Shown here: piece by piece, positions 13,346 through 27,761 of the stretch
Layout: the number at the start of each line of letters is the position of its first letter
How positions within the stretch are numbered: the first letter of the stretch is position 1
Assembly: GCA_963921275.4 (NCBI GenBank)
Contig: OZ001293.3
Span: 5,120,001 to 5,184,000, forward strand
Reading direction: 5' to 3'
Length of the DNA stretch: 64,000 nucleotides
From: an uncultured Hormoscilla sp.
Lineage (GTDB): Bacteria > Cyanobacteriota > Cyanobacteriia > Cyanobacteriales > Desertifilaceae
Position numbers and translations under genes: made by a program
Notes under the pieces: generated by a model
Databases searched by the model: none
What the model was told of the DNA's origin: nothing
Seen by the model: the letters and a program-made list of their open reading frames with translations, nothing else

Positions 13346-13410
13346 GTAGGGTGGGCACCTGATTTTAACGGATTGTTTCCCGCAAATGGTGGGCACCGCC
13401 CACCTTACTT
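13346..13410. repeat. Cyanobacterial GTAG-type REP pair
   Basis: GTAGGGTGGGCAC...GCCCACCTTAC; similar GTAGGGCGGG hairpins at 47762-47826. Confidence 0.6.
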
Positions 13411-13448
13411 TAACGGATTGTTTCCCGCCAAATAGACAGGAGATAAAG

Positions 13449-13553
13449 ATGCTTGTAGATCTGAGTCGTTTGACTGTTGAAGAATATCATCGCCTCGGAG
13501 AAATGGGAATTATCGATCCAGACGAAAAGGTAGAATTAATTGAAGGACAGATG
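13449..13553 (+). pseudogene. Uma2 family endonuclease 5' remnant
   Basis: MLVDLSRLTVEEYHRLGEMGIIDPDEKVELIEGQ then lost. Confidence 0.75.
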
Positions 13554-13751
13554 CACCCTCCTTAATTCCTTAACCACCAAGAGCTTGAGCAATTACGGTT
13601 TTTTATTGTTAGTTGGTATAAATTTTTGGGTATTTTAAGGGACACAGTCTAAATATTTGTTTATATTTGTGATAGTGTAAGAGTTGAGAAGACCAATGTA
13701 ATGTATATAATACATTGGTATTGCAAAATGTAGGCATTAACAGGCTCCACC

Positions 13752-15023
13752 TTAAGTGCCAGTCAGCTGTACTTGCTGCTGTTGTAATATCTGGGCATAA
13801 AGCTTTTCCAGCTGAGAGATATTGCGAGTGAGGGTATAGCGTTCCAGTACGCGGCGTCGGGCTTTTTGCCCCAATAGCATAGTCAACTCCGGGTGGTCGT
13901 GAAACAGAGGCAGAAGAGTTCGCAGCTCAGAAGTAACGCGATTAGTATTTAAGATCACACCAGCGCCCCCCTCCAAGACTTCACCATCAGCACCAGCATC
14001 TGTAGCGATGCAGGCGACACCACAAGCCATTGCTTCCAGCAGAGATAGGGAAAGCCCTTCTACAAGAGAAGGCAAAATAAATACATCTGCACCCCGCAAT
14101 ATTTCTATCCGCCTTTGTTCGTCACCAATGAAACCCAACCAGATAATCCCCTGTTCTGGGCCATAAGACATTTTTAAAGAAGCCGCCAATGGTCCATTCC
14201 CGATAATTAAGAGCTTGCAGTCATCTCCCAAATCCGATTGCTTCCAAGCTTTAAGTAAGGACTCTACATTCTTTTCTGTAGCGATTCTGCCCTGATAGAC
14301 AAACAGACGGGAAGCAGCTATTGAATGCTTCACATCGGCAGGTCCGGGGGAGTATTTCTTTTCATCTACCCCATTGGGAATCACTGCTACCTTCTGGGCT
14401 GGGACACCCAGGCGCACCAAGAGGGTCCGCTGAATCTGAGAAAAGACGATTACACAATCGTAGTTCGCCAGACAGGGGGCATATAGCTGATAAGTCAGGT
14501 GTTGAGTGCCGGAACTCAGATTGCGCATTTTGTGGTCAAAGGGCGGGTGGAACGTCGCCACTAGGGGCAAAGAAAGCTCTTGACAGATTTCCGGTAGCAG
14601 GAAATCCAGAGGAGACAAGGTCAGGGAAGCATGTACTAAATCAGGCTGCAACTGCCAGAGCGCGCGGGCCAACACTTGGCTCGATTTGAGAGTGGGAATA
14701 GTGTAAATCGTGGATTTGTACAAACAGGGAAGAGAAACCTCCACCATCCAGTTTGGCCATCCGTGAACTTCCTTTTGATCGCGGTAGGGACGACCGTTAC
14801 CCTTGTATGAGGCAGTTTTTGGCAGCTGACTGGGCACCGTTCCGGAAAAATCGGCGCGAGCATAAGCATACCTGCTTGAGGTACTCCTACTAAGGGATTC
14901 TGACTGAGAAAAATGAAGAAAGCTCACCTGATATCCCCGATCTAGCAACGCATTGGTTACCTCTCGCGAATAGGTAACATTGCCACAGAAAGGTGATTTT
15001 TTTCCAAGCCAAGCTATATGCAT
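13752..15023 (-). CDS. Glycosyltransferase family 4, with an expanded N-terminal loop
   Basis: MHIAWLGKKSPFCGNVTY start, EGLSLSLLEAM GT4 motif; conserved deoC-recO-MFS-GT4 gene order. Confidence 0.92.
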   Translation of the reverse strand: MHIAWLGKKSPFCGNVTYSREVTNALLDRGYQVSFLHFSQSESLSRSTSSRYAYARADFSGTVPSQLPKTASYKGNGRPYRDQKEVHGWPNWMVEVSLPCLYKSTIYTIPTLKSSQVLARALWQLQPDLVHASLTLSPLDFLLPEICQELSLPLVATFHPPFDHKMRNLSSGTQHLTYQLYAPCLANYDCVIVFSQIQRTLLVRLGVPAQKVAVIPNGVDEKKYSPGPADVKHSIAASRLFVYQGRIATEKNVESLLKAWKQSDLGDDCKLLIIGNGPLAASLKMSYGPEQGIIWLGFIGDEQRRIEILRGADVFILPSLVEGLSLSLLEAMACGVACIATDAGADGEVLEGGAGVILNTNRVTSELRTLLPLFHDHPELTMLLGQKARRRVLERYTLTRNISQLEKLYAQILQQQQVQLTGT

Positions 15024-15091
15024 TCAGCTCTTGCCAGTTGCGCTAATTGCTAATACGTAGTGTGCGACGATAGGAGCGCTCTTATGCTAAC

Positions 15092-16510
15092 TTAAACAGC
15101 GGACTCTGTATTAACTCCTTTGGCAATATACCAGGTTGAGAGCCCTCCTGCGAGTACCAGGGCAGCCAAAGACAAAAACACCACATTTAATCCCAACCAG
15201 GTTTCTGCCACGCCGGACAGAGCTAAGGGCAGACTCAAGGCGATATTGACAGCATTATTCTGAAGTCCGAATACTTTCCCTCGCATAGCTTCAGGGGTTT
15301 GTGCCTGGATAGTGGTTTGCATCGGCACGCCCACCATAGCAGCAAAGACTCCCAAACAGGTAATTACAAGCAAGGCAGCCCACAGCTGTTGGGTACATAG
15401 AGAGAGGATAATTAAGGATGCTACCATACCTACCGAACCAATCAGACTCAGTTGAGCTCTTAGCCCCATGCCCTGACCAAAATTACCGAGTATGGCCGCA
15501 CCGAGCGAGATCCCGATCCCAGCAGCTGCTAGCAAGAAGCCAAACTGTTCGGCTTTTATCTCCGGGATTACCTCTGCCATCCGCACTGCTAAAACTGCTA
15601 AGGCCGCAAACACTGAAAACAAAATCACCAGTTGGAGTAGGGCGTTGCGGACGCGCTGGTTTTCTCCCAAATAGCGCACGCCCTCGCGGATATCTTGCCA
15701 AACATGGGGATGTTCCTGTTCTGTTGGGGCCAGTTTTTCCCCCGTCTTCAGCAGCAACAGCAGCAGACCTGCGACACAATAAAAGCCACCCACCACCAGT
15801 TCTTTACCAATATCAATGTTACCAGTAATTTTGTCCATGACAGTATCGGCGATCGCCAGGACTGGTTCTCCCAGGGCAAAGCCAACGATCACAGAGGCCA
15901 TCATGGTTGTAGTGTACAGGGAGTTTGCTGGCAGCAAATGACGGCGTTCTACAATCAGTGGAATTGCAGACTGTTCTGCGGGTGCGAAAAACTGCGTCAG
16001 GGTGGAAACCAAAAACGTGATCGAAAGCAGAAGGTAGAATCCTACTGGCAGTCCGAAAGCCCCTGTTGCCCCCTGGGAAAACCATAGCAACAATGGCACT
16101 ATCAACACAAATATCCCTCGCAGGATATTTGTCAATACCAGCACAGCCTTTTTCGACCAGCGATCGACAAACACTCCTGCGAGGGAACCAAACAGCACCG
16201 CTGGGATGGTAAAAGCAATCATAATCGCTGATACCCAGCCGCTGATTGTCTGATTTTCGTTTTGAAAGCGGCTGGCAATCAGAGCAATCATCAGCACTAG
16301 ATACAATTTATCTGCTAGCTGGGAAAATACTTGACCACTCCAGAGTGTGAGGAAATTCCGGTTTTTCAGTGCAGTACCGAACCCAGTCGGAGGTTCTGGC
16401 TCTGGGGGATTATCATGTTTTTCATCATCAGAGTCCAATTCCAGAGTGGATAGTTGTGCTTCCCTCATATCTAGAGGTGTCAATCGTTCTTCGGTCCCAT
16501 AATTAGGCAT
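15092..16510 (-). CDS. MFS transporter (start probably 16510 or 16468 rather than the ORF-track 16633)
   Basis: NRNFLTLWSGQVFSQLAD, GVFVDRW, RGKVFG motifs; about 12 TM segments. Confidence 0.9.
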   Translation of the reverse strand: MPNYGTEERLTPLDMREAQLSTLELDSDDEKHDNPPEPEPPTGFGTALKNRNFLTLWSGQVFSQLADKLYLVLMIALIASRFQNENQTISGWVSAIMIAFTIPAVLFGSLAGVFVDRWSKKAVLVLTNILRGIFVLIVPLLLWFSQGATGAFGLPVGFYLLLSITFLVSTLTQFFAPAEQSAIPLIVERRHLLPANSLYTTTMMASVIVGFALGEPVLAIADTVMDKITGNIDIGKELVVGGFYCVAGLLLLLLKTGEKLAPTEQEHPHVWQDIREGVRYLGENQRVRNALLQLVILFSVFAALAVLAVRMAEVIPEIKAEQFGFLLAAAGIGISLGAAILGNFGQGMGLRAQLSLIGSVGMVASLIILSLCTQQLWAALLVITCLGVFAAMVGVPMQTTIQAQTPEAMRGKVFGLQNNAVNIALSLPLALSGVAETWLGLNVVFLSLAALVLAGGLSTWYIAKGVNTESAV

Positions 16511-16521
16511 TATCACAAACG

Positions 16522-17406
16522 CTATATAGTAGGCGATATTGGAAAACAAGTATCTATTAAGGCCGCAGCGCGGATCTGTCGATCGAAATGATATTCGGCA
16601 TACTGGCGCAGAATTTGTTCTAACCTGCGCCATGTATTGCTGGTTACTATCTTTTGCTTAGGCAATTCCGGAGCAGCTAGCTGCTGGAGCAAGGCTAATT
16701 CGGTGGCATTGATGCACGCATGTAACGCCCTTTGGCTTGACATTTTTTGGCCACTTTGGTTACCATACTCTAACTTAGCCGCAGCTTGAGCCCCTTCCTC
16801 CTCCGATGGTAGTGCGATCGCAGCAGGAAGCCGATCTGCGATCACTGATGCCATGACAGTACCACCCGCTAGCACGTTAAAGCCAACGTACCAGTTAGGG
16901 TTAGTAAAATCTGGGGTGAGGGGCTGTTTGGTAATGCAGCACAACTGCACTTGGGGACCGATACCTGCGATCGCTAGTAGGTGAAAGACCGCCTGGGTTA
17001 AGTGGGCCATGACAGTATGTAGTGGTGCATTCTCCAAGCGTCGGAGATGTTCGCTGAGTAACTCATAGAGTTCCCCTTGGGGCTGGCCACTCAAAGCTTG
17101 AAGCAGCACCAGTTCTGCCAAGTATTGACTAGCGGTCAACTTAGTCAGATTTGCAGACAAACCTGGATAGGATTCCAGCGTTTGGGCTTGAGTAATTTTA
17201 TCGAGGTTACGTCCCTGAGCAATCAGCAGCTGATTGACCACAAATAACCCACTCCGGCCAGCGAATTGAGATTTGTGCTTCCGGGCCCCCGGTGCTACGG
17301 CCCGAATTACACCAAACTCAGGGGTTAAAATCGTTAACAGCCGGTCATACTCTCCCAGGGGCATCCCTTTGAGATTAATTCCAGTTGCTTTGTAAGTACG
17401 ACTCAT
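16522..17406 (-). CDS. recO: DNA repair protein RecO
   Basis: GINLK...GEYDRLLTILT.EFG.IRAVAPGARK N-terminal OB fold. Confidence 0.93.
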   Translation of the reverse strand: MSRTYKATGINLKGMPLGEYDRLLTILTPEFGVIRAVAPGARKHKSQFAGRSGLFVVNQLLIAQGRNLDKITQAQTLESYPGLSANLTKLTASQYLAELVLLQALSGQPQGELYELLSEHLRRLENAPLHTVMAHLTQAVFHLLAIAGIGPQVQLCCITKQPLTPDFTNPNWYVGFNVLAGGTVMASVIADRLPAAIALPSEEEGAQAAAKLEYGNQSGQKMSSQRALHACINATELALLQQLAAPELPKQKIVTSNTWRRLEQILRQYAEYHFDRQIRAAALIDTCFPISPTI

Positions 17407-17448
17407 GTTAATTATTGCTAATGGTTCATTGTTAATCGTGCATTACTA

Positions 17449-18135
17449 TTAGCCATCAGTCTCTGAAGCGAGTCGTGAGCCCTGAGTCAGCAAATCAGGA
17501 CCGCGTGAGGTTCCCAATCGGGTAGCACCGGCCATAACTAGGTTATAGGCTTGCTCTAGATTCCGAATACCCCCCGATGCTTTAATCCCTACTTGTCCCT
17601 TAGTTAATTGCTGGAGAAGTCGCACATCTGCCACTGTGGCCCCTTTATTCCAGCCAGTGCAGGTTTTCAAGAAAGCCACGCCAGCATCTAAACAAATTTC
17701 CGCTGCCAGTCGTTTTTCCGCGTCTGTCAGCAAAGTTGTTTCCAAAATAGCCTTGACAGTTTGACCAGTTTCCTCACAGATTTGGGCAATTTCCCGGTGG
17801 ACTGCTTCAGTTTTCCCGGCTTTCAACAATCCTAGGTTGAGCATGACATCTAGCTCAACTGCCCCATGTTCTACAGCCTCCATAGCTTCGTATAGCTTGA
17901 CTGCTGCGGTAGTAGCGCCAGCGGGAAAGCCAATCACAGTACAGACTTTGGGTGCTTTACCGTGGAGGATATCGGCAGCTTGACGCACATAGGCAGGAGT
18001 TACACAGACTGTGATAAAATTCATCTGCTCTGCTTCTTCACACCACTGAACTACCTGTTGGGGGGTAGCGGTAGGATGCAGCAGCGAGTGCTCAATATAC
18101 TGGGTAATGTCAATATCGGGATAGTCTAGCTCCAT
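17449..18135 (-). CDS. deoC: Deoxyribose-phosphate aldolase
   Basis: [33 protein letters not shown]. Confidence 0.95.
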   Translation of the reverse strand: MELDYPDIDITQYIEHSLLHPTATPQQVVQWCEEAEQMNFITVCVTPAYVRQAADILHGKAPKVCTVIGFPAGATTAAVKLYEAMEAVEHGAVELDVMLNLGLLKAGKTEAVHREIAQICEETGQTVKAILETTLLTDAEKRLAAEICLDAGVAFLKTCTGWNKGATVADVRLLQQLTKGQVGIKASGGIRNLEQAYNLVMAGATRLGTSRGPDLLTQGSRLASETDG

Positions 18136-18162
18136 TACTACCTCACAAAAGTGACTGCTTAT

Positions 18163-18233
18163 CGGGACTTTGAGAAAAAATAGGCGTGAAAGGGTTTGAT
18201 GCCATTTTACGCCTATTTTTTCTCAAAGTCCCG
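18163..18233. mobile_element. 71-bp MITE with IS701-type ends (perfect 25-bp inverted repeat)
   Basis: CGGGACTTTGAGAAAAAATAGGCGT / ACGCCTATTTTTTCTCAAAGTCCCG; shares its right half with 41658-41841. Confidence 0.75.
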
Positions 18234-18547
18234 TTAAGTATCCTCATCTGGTCAGAACAGATCCGAAAAAAATGGCTGTTTGGGCTCTCCCGAGGCTCTG
18301 GCCACAAAAAAACCCCAGCCCGGAGGCTGAGGATAATTTTTCAGGGTGCATCTACTTTTTAACCTACATTCCGCACGACAAAATGTATTACGGAATGATT
18401 ACAAAAAACTTGTGATTTTACGAACCGAAAAGTTCATATCTGTATAAATAAATATACGTCCTGTTTACTAAATTCTCAGAGCTAGTACCGATTAAAAAAA
18501 GTAGTGCAATAGTAATCTAACCGATAAATTAATTACTTAGCATGTTA

Positions 18548-21113
18548 GAGCCTGTTTTAAAAGTTTATGAAGGTATAAATTAAGCCAAGGGCCGAAGCAT
18601 GAGTCTAATCATAGCAATATAGACCATCATTTCTGAATTTTCTCTCAGGTGCTCGTAGTCTTTACTTAGTCTGCGAAACCAATTAAGCCAGCCAAAAGTT
18701 CGTTCAACAACGAGCGCGTTTTTTCAATAAAACAAAACATGAAAGTTTGTTTCGGTCGCAACACAACCTGAATAACGAGCGCGTAATTTATCCATCGCCC
18801 ATTGCATAAAAGGATTACCACTATAGCCGCCATCCACCCAAACCAAATAAAGACGACTGACTTTTGGGCCCATAAGCTTTACTTTTTCCAATACCTGTTG
18901 TTCCCCTTCTCGCTCTGGAACACGCTTCTGCCGTCACCAATACGCGCGTAAAACCAGACGATAATTACTCAATCAGTCCCTTGACCTTTTTAGCCGCATC
19001 AAAGCCTAATGCTACTAAGAAATCAATTTACGCTCCCCAACTGTAGCTCTTATATAACTTGCTTGCGAGCCCGATCGCGTGAGCCTTTGAGAGCTGGGAA
19101 AACTTGAGGTCGTCTCCTTACTTTACGAGGTTCATGTTTTACTTTATTTGGCTGGTGAGGTAATCGGCACGATCGCTAATCTCGTTATCAGCCAATCTTC
19201 TAATTTATTTTCTGTTATCACCCATTGAGGAACACCCTGGGTCAAAATATCTCGCAATCGTCTCCAACAGCAACTAAAGCTTAATTGATTAGGTTTGATA
19301 TCTGCTTTGATTTCGGCTTTTAACATTAAAGCGCAAATCAAATTATAAGTTAATAAACCTGCTGCTAATTCCTTACGAAACATTTCTGCTGTTTTGACAT
19401 CAAACTCTTCCATCTCCAATCTCCAAGGTAGTTTTTATATAGCGGTAATCTACTTCTACTTGCCACTTCTGTCCATATAGTTCCACCAATTCATCAATTG
19501 AGTATACTTACTTATCCATCAAATTTGTAAATAAATATAAATCTATCGGTCTAAATCCCTTCTGGCGTAACTGCACGTAAATTATTCGCCCAGTTAGAGG
19601 AGATTTTGCAAGTCCAGGCTCAACTTTTGTTGTTGGCTCTGCTTTCCATATTACCTGGGACTCTTGGCCACTAGATAAGGAACCTTTCTGTGATGATGTT
19701 TTTAGTAGTTTACGAGCTGTTCGTTGTTCTAATCGTAGCAATACTTTCTTGCCATAAAAATTAGTTACCTGAACAACTCTGTAGACTCCGAATGCTCTAT
19801 CTCCCATATAGATGCTGTCAGCTTCTGGGTCTTGTTCCATAATCTGACCAACCATTGCTGGTTCACTAATTCCCTCTTCTACAAAAGCAATTACGGTTTG
19901 ACTAAATAGACAGCAGGCTATCAAAGACTTAACAACCACCCAATGACTCATTCCTTTTCCATTGCTTGCTTGGCGATAGGTTGACAGTAAATCCGGAGTG
20001 GGTTGAAGTCTAAAAGTTGTTCCATCAAGTAATCTAACTGAATGACATTTCCATAGCTTCATCATCATCAGCTTCTCTTATCCAGTTTAATATAGTCTCT
20101 ATTACCTTATTTAACGCACTCATTATTACTAATAGTAGCATTCGTAATCTTCCTTGTATATAACTAGATGTACTTTCGGATTTTAATCAGCGCGAAACAG
20201 GAAACTGGTTAGGGTCTTCTTTGTCTAAACCATCAACTGCGCCCGTGTAAATAATGACTAATGACCGCATCACAGGTCGCTGTTTAAACGTTGATATATT
20301 AATCCCCATAAAATTATTAATGGGGTTAGCACTCGCCAGTATAGCCTGACTTTAGAGTTTTTTACCCATTGTTTAATAACTGTGCGTGAAAAGATTTCGC
20401 CAAAAATGGCTAATAAGTCTTCAATTGATGCTTTGACGGTTGTAGTTTGTCGTTGTACCCAAGCGGGCTCGCGATCGCATGCCATAATAGTTGATTCCAA
20501 ACGTTCCTTTACCTATATTCTATCAGAGGTAGTTCACCAACGTCAAGTGTTTTAGTTAAAATTATTAACTGGCATAGGTTAGAGAGCTTTTTAAGTAATA
20601 ATACTCATGAGTATACCATAATTTGCTCAAAATTACCATAAAAATTGATTTCTTAGTAGCATTACATCAAAGCCCACTTCGGAATGCACTATTGTATCGG
20701 TAGCAACACTTTGGCTATCAAGAATTGCCTTAGAAGGGCTGATCTAACGACCGGCAGCAACGCGGGTCCAACTGTGTAATAGATCCCTAATAGCGTAGTG
20801 CCTAAGAGGCGCCAATGGAGAAAATAAGTGTAAACCCTTTGCCAAGCCGGAAAACCCCCAGGCAAGTCCCGCCATTTACACCCTTGAGTAACCAGATAAA
20901 AAATGGCATTAAGGACGGACAACATACAGACTTCTCGGGGACGACCTCCCGGTTTCGCCGGTGAAATCAGCGGTTTAATCAATTCATACTGGTCTTGAGT
21001 CAGATCACTGGAATATACTTTAGTCATGGCTCATATGGGACTACAGATTTCCGTATCTTTAGTATAAACCCTGTGGGCTTTTTTACTCCCCTTGTTACTT
21101 TTAAGACATCCTC
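18548..21113 (-). mobile_element. IS5 family (IS1031-like) element, degraded, split by an IS4 insertion
   Basis: MTKVYSSDLT...GGRPR...GCKWRDLP; imperfect IRs GAGCCTGTTTTAAAAGT/ACTTTTAAGACATCCTC; TTA duplication. Confidence 0.85.
19007..20664 (-). mobile_element. IS4 family element, frameshifted transposase
   Basis: Perfect 23-bp IR TAATGCTACTAAGAAATCAATTT; 10-bp target duplication CATCAAAGCC; LLDGTT and MGDRAF DDE fragments. Confidence 0.88.
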
Positions 21114-21313
21114 TTACAACTTGTCGTGCGGAAAGTGGGTTTTAAGTATCCTCATCTGGTCAGAACAGATCCGGAAAAAATGGCTGTTTGGGCTTTTTCG
21201 GGACGCTCGCAGGCAAAAAAAACCTCAGCGAGGGGTGTATAACAGTTAAAAATTTGGCGTTGCACTTCGGACGGGATGATAGACATAGTTGCAATAGTTT
21301 TAAACCTACACTA

Positions 21314-23165
<1,852 letters not shown>

Positions 23166-23169
23166 TAAA

Positions 23170-24290
<1,121 letters not shown>

Positions 24291-24364
24291 AATTCCGGAA
24301 AAGTCTCAGCCTCTCTATGATCATCTATAATTCATAGAGGGCAAGCCTTTGGGCTATCCTGTTC

Positions 24365-24520
24365 AGCGGAACCAGTGCCCAAGTGGAGTAATGGAAGGAA
24401 TTAACAATATTCTTAAGCTGATTAAGCGTCAAGGATACGGATTTACAAACTTTGAGAACTTCCGTTTACGTTTATTAGCTTGCTTCTCTGATAAGAAAAA
24501 CTTATCACCATAAGTACAGG
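24365..24520 (+). pseudogene. ISL3 transposase 3' remnant
   Basis: SGVMEGINNILKLIKRQGYGFTNFENFRLRLL. Confidence 0.8.
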
Positions 24521-24724
24521 AGACCCATATGGATTGACTGAAAACATTGAAATATCCAAGGTAGGGTCGGTCTATCCGTCAGCGGACCTAACTGATTTTT
24601 TACTCCTGAACCTGTTCCTTTAAGTGTTTGCCTTATCTGTCGCTCTGCTACTTTATACACTAACAAAGATCAAGCCATAATTAAACATAAAACTTCAATT
24701 CGTTTTGGAGATTTAATAAATACA

Positions 24725-26608
24725 CTATCCGCTGGATTTATTACTGGGTTTGATAAGGGTTTTGAATCCTAGCGGTTTCCCGTGTCCGTTCTTGCCCGTG
24801 TAATATTTTCCTACCTCATATTGCCTTACATTGAACCCTAGGAAGTCAAACCCCGGGTTTTCGCCGTGTAGCGTATGAGTTATTTTTGTCTTTTCAGGCT
24901 TGAGTTCTAGTCCAATCCCTTTTAGCCACTCTGCTATAACCTCCTGCGCTTCTTCTATCTTTTCTCTTTTGTCATGCATCACCACAAAGTCATCAGCATA
25001 TCTGACTACCGCCAGCTTTTGTTTTTCTCTTTGTGTTTCTGCTAGTTTCATTACCACTTCTTCTAGCCCATGTAGGGCTACATTCGCTAGTAATGGTGAT
25101 ATGACTCCTCCCGTACCCTCTTCGGTTGCATACCATTCTTTCTTGTCTATCACCCCGGCTTTTAACCATGCCCGTATTTGTCTACGGATTGGTGATGTTG
25201 TATTCAATTTTTTCATTAGCGCTTTATGGTCAATTTTGTCGAAGCGTCGAAGCATTTCGCTATGTCAGCATCTCGGATGGGGTCGAGCCGGGAATCGCTT
25301 CCCGACCCTCCCTTGAGGAACCGGACTTGCGATTTTCACCGCATCCGGCTACTGGGTACTAGGCCCTTTTCATAGGTAGACTTAATAGGAATTACTTCCG
25401 TTAGCCCTTGCCGCCTGTCTTTTCTTCCCTTTCCTGGTTTAGCGAGTGGTTGTTCTGATAACCGTTAGTATCACCATTTTCAAGTCAGTTTTACCAGTTA
25501 TCCATACCTTATCCTCCACTTGCGTTTCGGATTAGTTCCGTGGCTTTTTAGGATTACTCATTCCAGCAGCTTCCTAGTATCACCGACCCACGTCAGCGCT
25601 GGCTACCCAGCATCATCTACATTACTGTAGATGTTATCCCAGGAATTACCCCGGGCATTCGCTTCTTGGGCCATCCCTCCCCCCGTGGCTTGCGCTTAAC
25701 ATCTAACTTGTCCTGATGGACAGCACACGAGAGGTTACTTCGTTCCCTAACAACATTTCGCGATACCTTTAGGTCCACACTATACCCCGGGAGCTATTTG
25801 AGTACTATATTAGCCAGAGTCTAAAACTAATACTAGCTACCATTTCCTTTTTAGGCCAGCGCATATAGCCTTATTTCGCTGGTTCCTTATAACGAGGCTT
25901 GCACATGTTTGCCTGCTCTAACCTTGGATATCTTTCCTAGCGGCGTCACCGGCTTAGGCTGCCAGTTATCCTACATTTGAGTCCTCGCTTAGCACCACGA
26001 TGATGTCGCTTCGTAGCACCGAGGACCGGTGTCACCCCCGTACCTGGGGGGAGGGGAATTTAACCCTCATGCGGTCAGAGTTCCCGGCTAATGAAACCGG
26101 GCTAGCGTTCCGTGTTTGACCACGTTAGGCTAGAACGAATCGCACAGACCCACTTAGGTTTTCATTTGATGCTGAGAAATATTGCTCCGATTGCATCGTG
26201 GCATCCTCTTCCCGGTCTGAACCCCTAGGAGTTTCCTTCCATATACGCTTCCCATTCAGGATAACTGCGCAATCTTTAGTAACCCCTGTGTCGCACGGTC
26301 GTACATCGTCGGTATCCCCCAATGGACGCTTTTCGTCTCTTCCAGGCTTCGGTATCCACACTCGTCGTGCTGGTTTGGCCTTGTTTGAGATTTCTATCCG
26401 TCCTACCAGTTCTGTCCTTTGCTTTGGTGTCAGTGATTTCACACCATCCACTCCGGCAGTTTTCTTTCCCTGGTTGTCTTGTGTTACCTGTCTTACCGCT
26501 AGACTTTTGGCTGCCCGGGATTTTCACCAGTAACCTCTGGAGTCTGCGAACTGTCCGCTTATCACCAAGTTGTGCCGCTCTGTAAATTCTCAGAAGCAAC
26601 TTAAAGAC
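24725..26608 (-). pseudogene. ltrA: Group II intron reverse transcriptase remnant (frameshifted, truncated at both ends, interrupted by an ORF-less intron)
   Basis: RT0/RT1 (GVKSLTPKQR, RRVWIPKPG), YADD, FDFLGF; closely similar to 32742-34352 and 61905-63359. Confidence 0.9.
25275..26145 (-). mobile_element. ORF-less group II intron, variant B (871 nt), in sense within the RT remnant
   Basis: Near-identical to 60973-61843; ends ...CTCGACCCCATCC. Confidence 0.95.
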
Positions 26609-27625
26609 ACGTGAGTTCGACGGACTGGACAAAAAAAAAAGGCGGAGACTGGGTTTGAACCATTCCACCCCAGTCTGAACCCACCATGAGTCAAATTGTA
26701 TCGCGCCTGGATGTCACCCGCATCTTCTGTGAACTAGACGACTTCTGCCAAATGTTCGATTTTTCCGGAACGGTGCGCCACTGGGAAGAACAACCGCAAC
26801 TGCCCTCCATGCCTGGGGAACGATGCTGTCGTTCGCGCATGAGCCTCTCAGAAATTATGACGATTGCCATCGCTTTTCATGGCTCGGGCTTCCGTACGTT
26901 CAAAGAGTTTTACACCCTGTGTGTTCTCCCCCATTGGCGCGGAGCCTTTCCCAACTTGGTCAGCTATAATCGCTTTGTGGAATTGATGCCGTGGTGTCTA
27001 ATGCTATGAAGTTGTTTTCTTCATACTCGAAAAGGAGAAGTTACAGGCATTTCCTTTGTTGATTCTACACCCATAGAAGTTTGTCACCCTCGTCGTGCTC
27101 ATAACCATAAGGTGTTCAAAGGGCTAGTCCACTGGGGGAAAAGCTCAACTGGCTGGCATTTCGGATTTAAATTGCATTTGATTATCAACGAGCGCGGAGA
27201 GTTACTAGCCTTCAAGCTCACGCCAGCCAACACTGACGACCGTAAACCTGTACCAGAGATGGCTCAAGACTTGTTTGGAAAACTGTTTGGAGACCGGGGA
27301 TATGTCTTGAGAGACCTATTCGAGAAATTATACGAACAAGGTCTCAAATTGCTAAATCGAAGCGAAATATGAAAAATCGCTTGATGAAAACGAGCGATAA
27401 AATCCAGCTCCGAAAGCGGGCCGTCATTGAATCAGTCAACGACCAACTCAAGAACATCTGTCAAATCGAGCATTCTCGCCACCGGAGTGTCTTCAACTTC
27501 TTGGTCAACCTGCTGGCCGGCTTGGTGGCCTACACCGACGCCGATAAAAAACCTCGCCTCGATCTGGAGGTCAAAGGCTTACCAGCACTACCTCCTGCCA
27601 TTTTATAGTTTCGTCGAATTCACGT
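26609..27625 (+). mobile_element. IS982 family element (defective; stop plus frameshift)
   Basis: IRs ACGTGAGTTCGACG/CGTCGAATTCACGT; three transposase fragments. Confidence 0.92.
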
Positions 27626-27761
27626 GATTTTAAGGCGATCGCCTGACTTAATCCACCAGTGAGAACCCGAAAGCTGACATTCCTGGCGCCATCGTCTTCA
27701 CCAATTTATCCCACCATTACCTGACCTGCAAGTAATTAGGGACACAAAAGCCAGAAATCTT

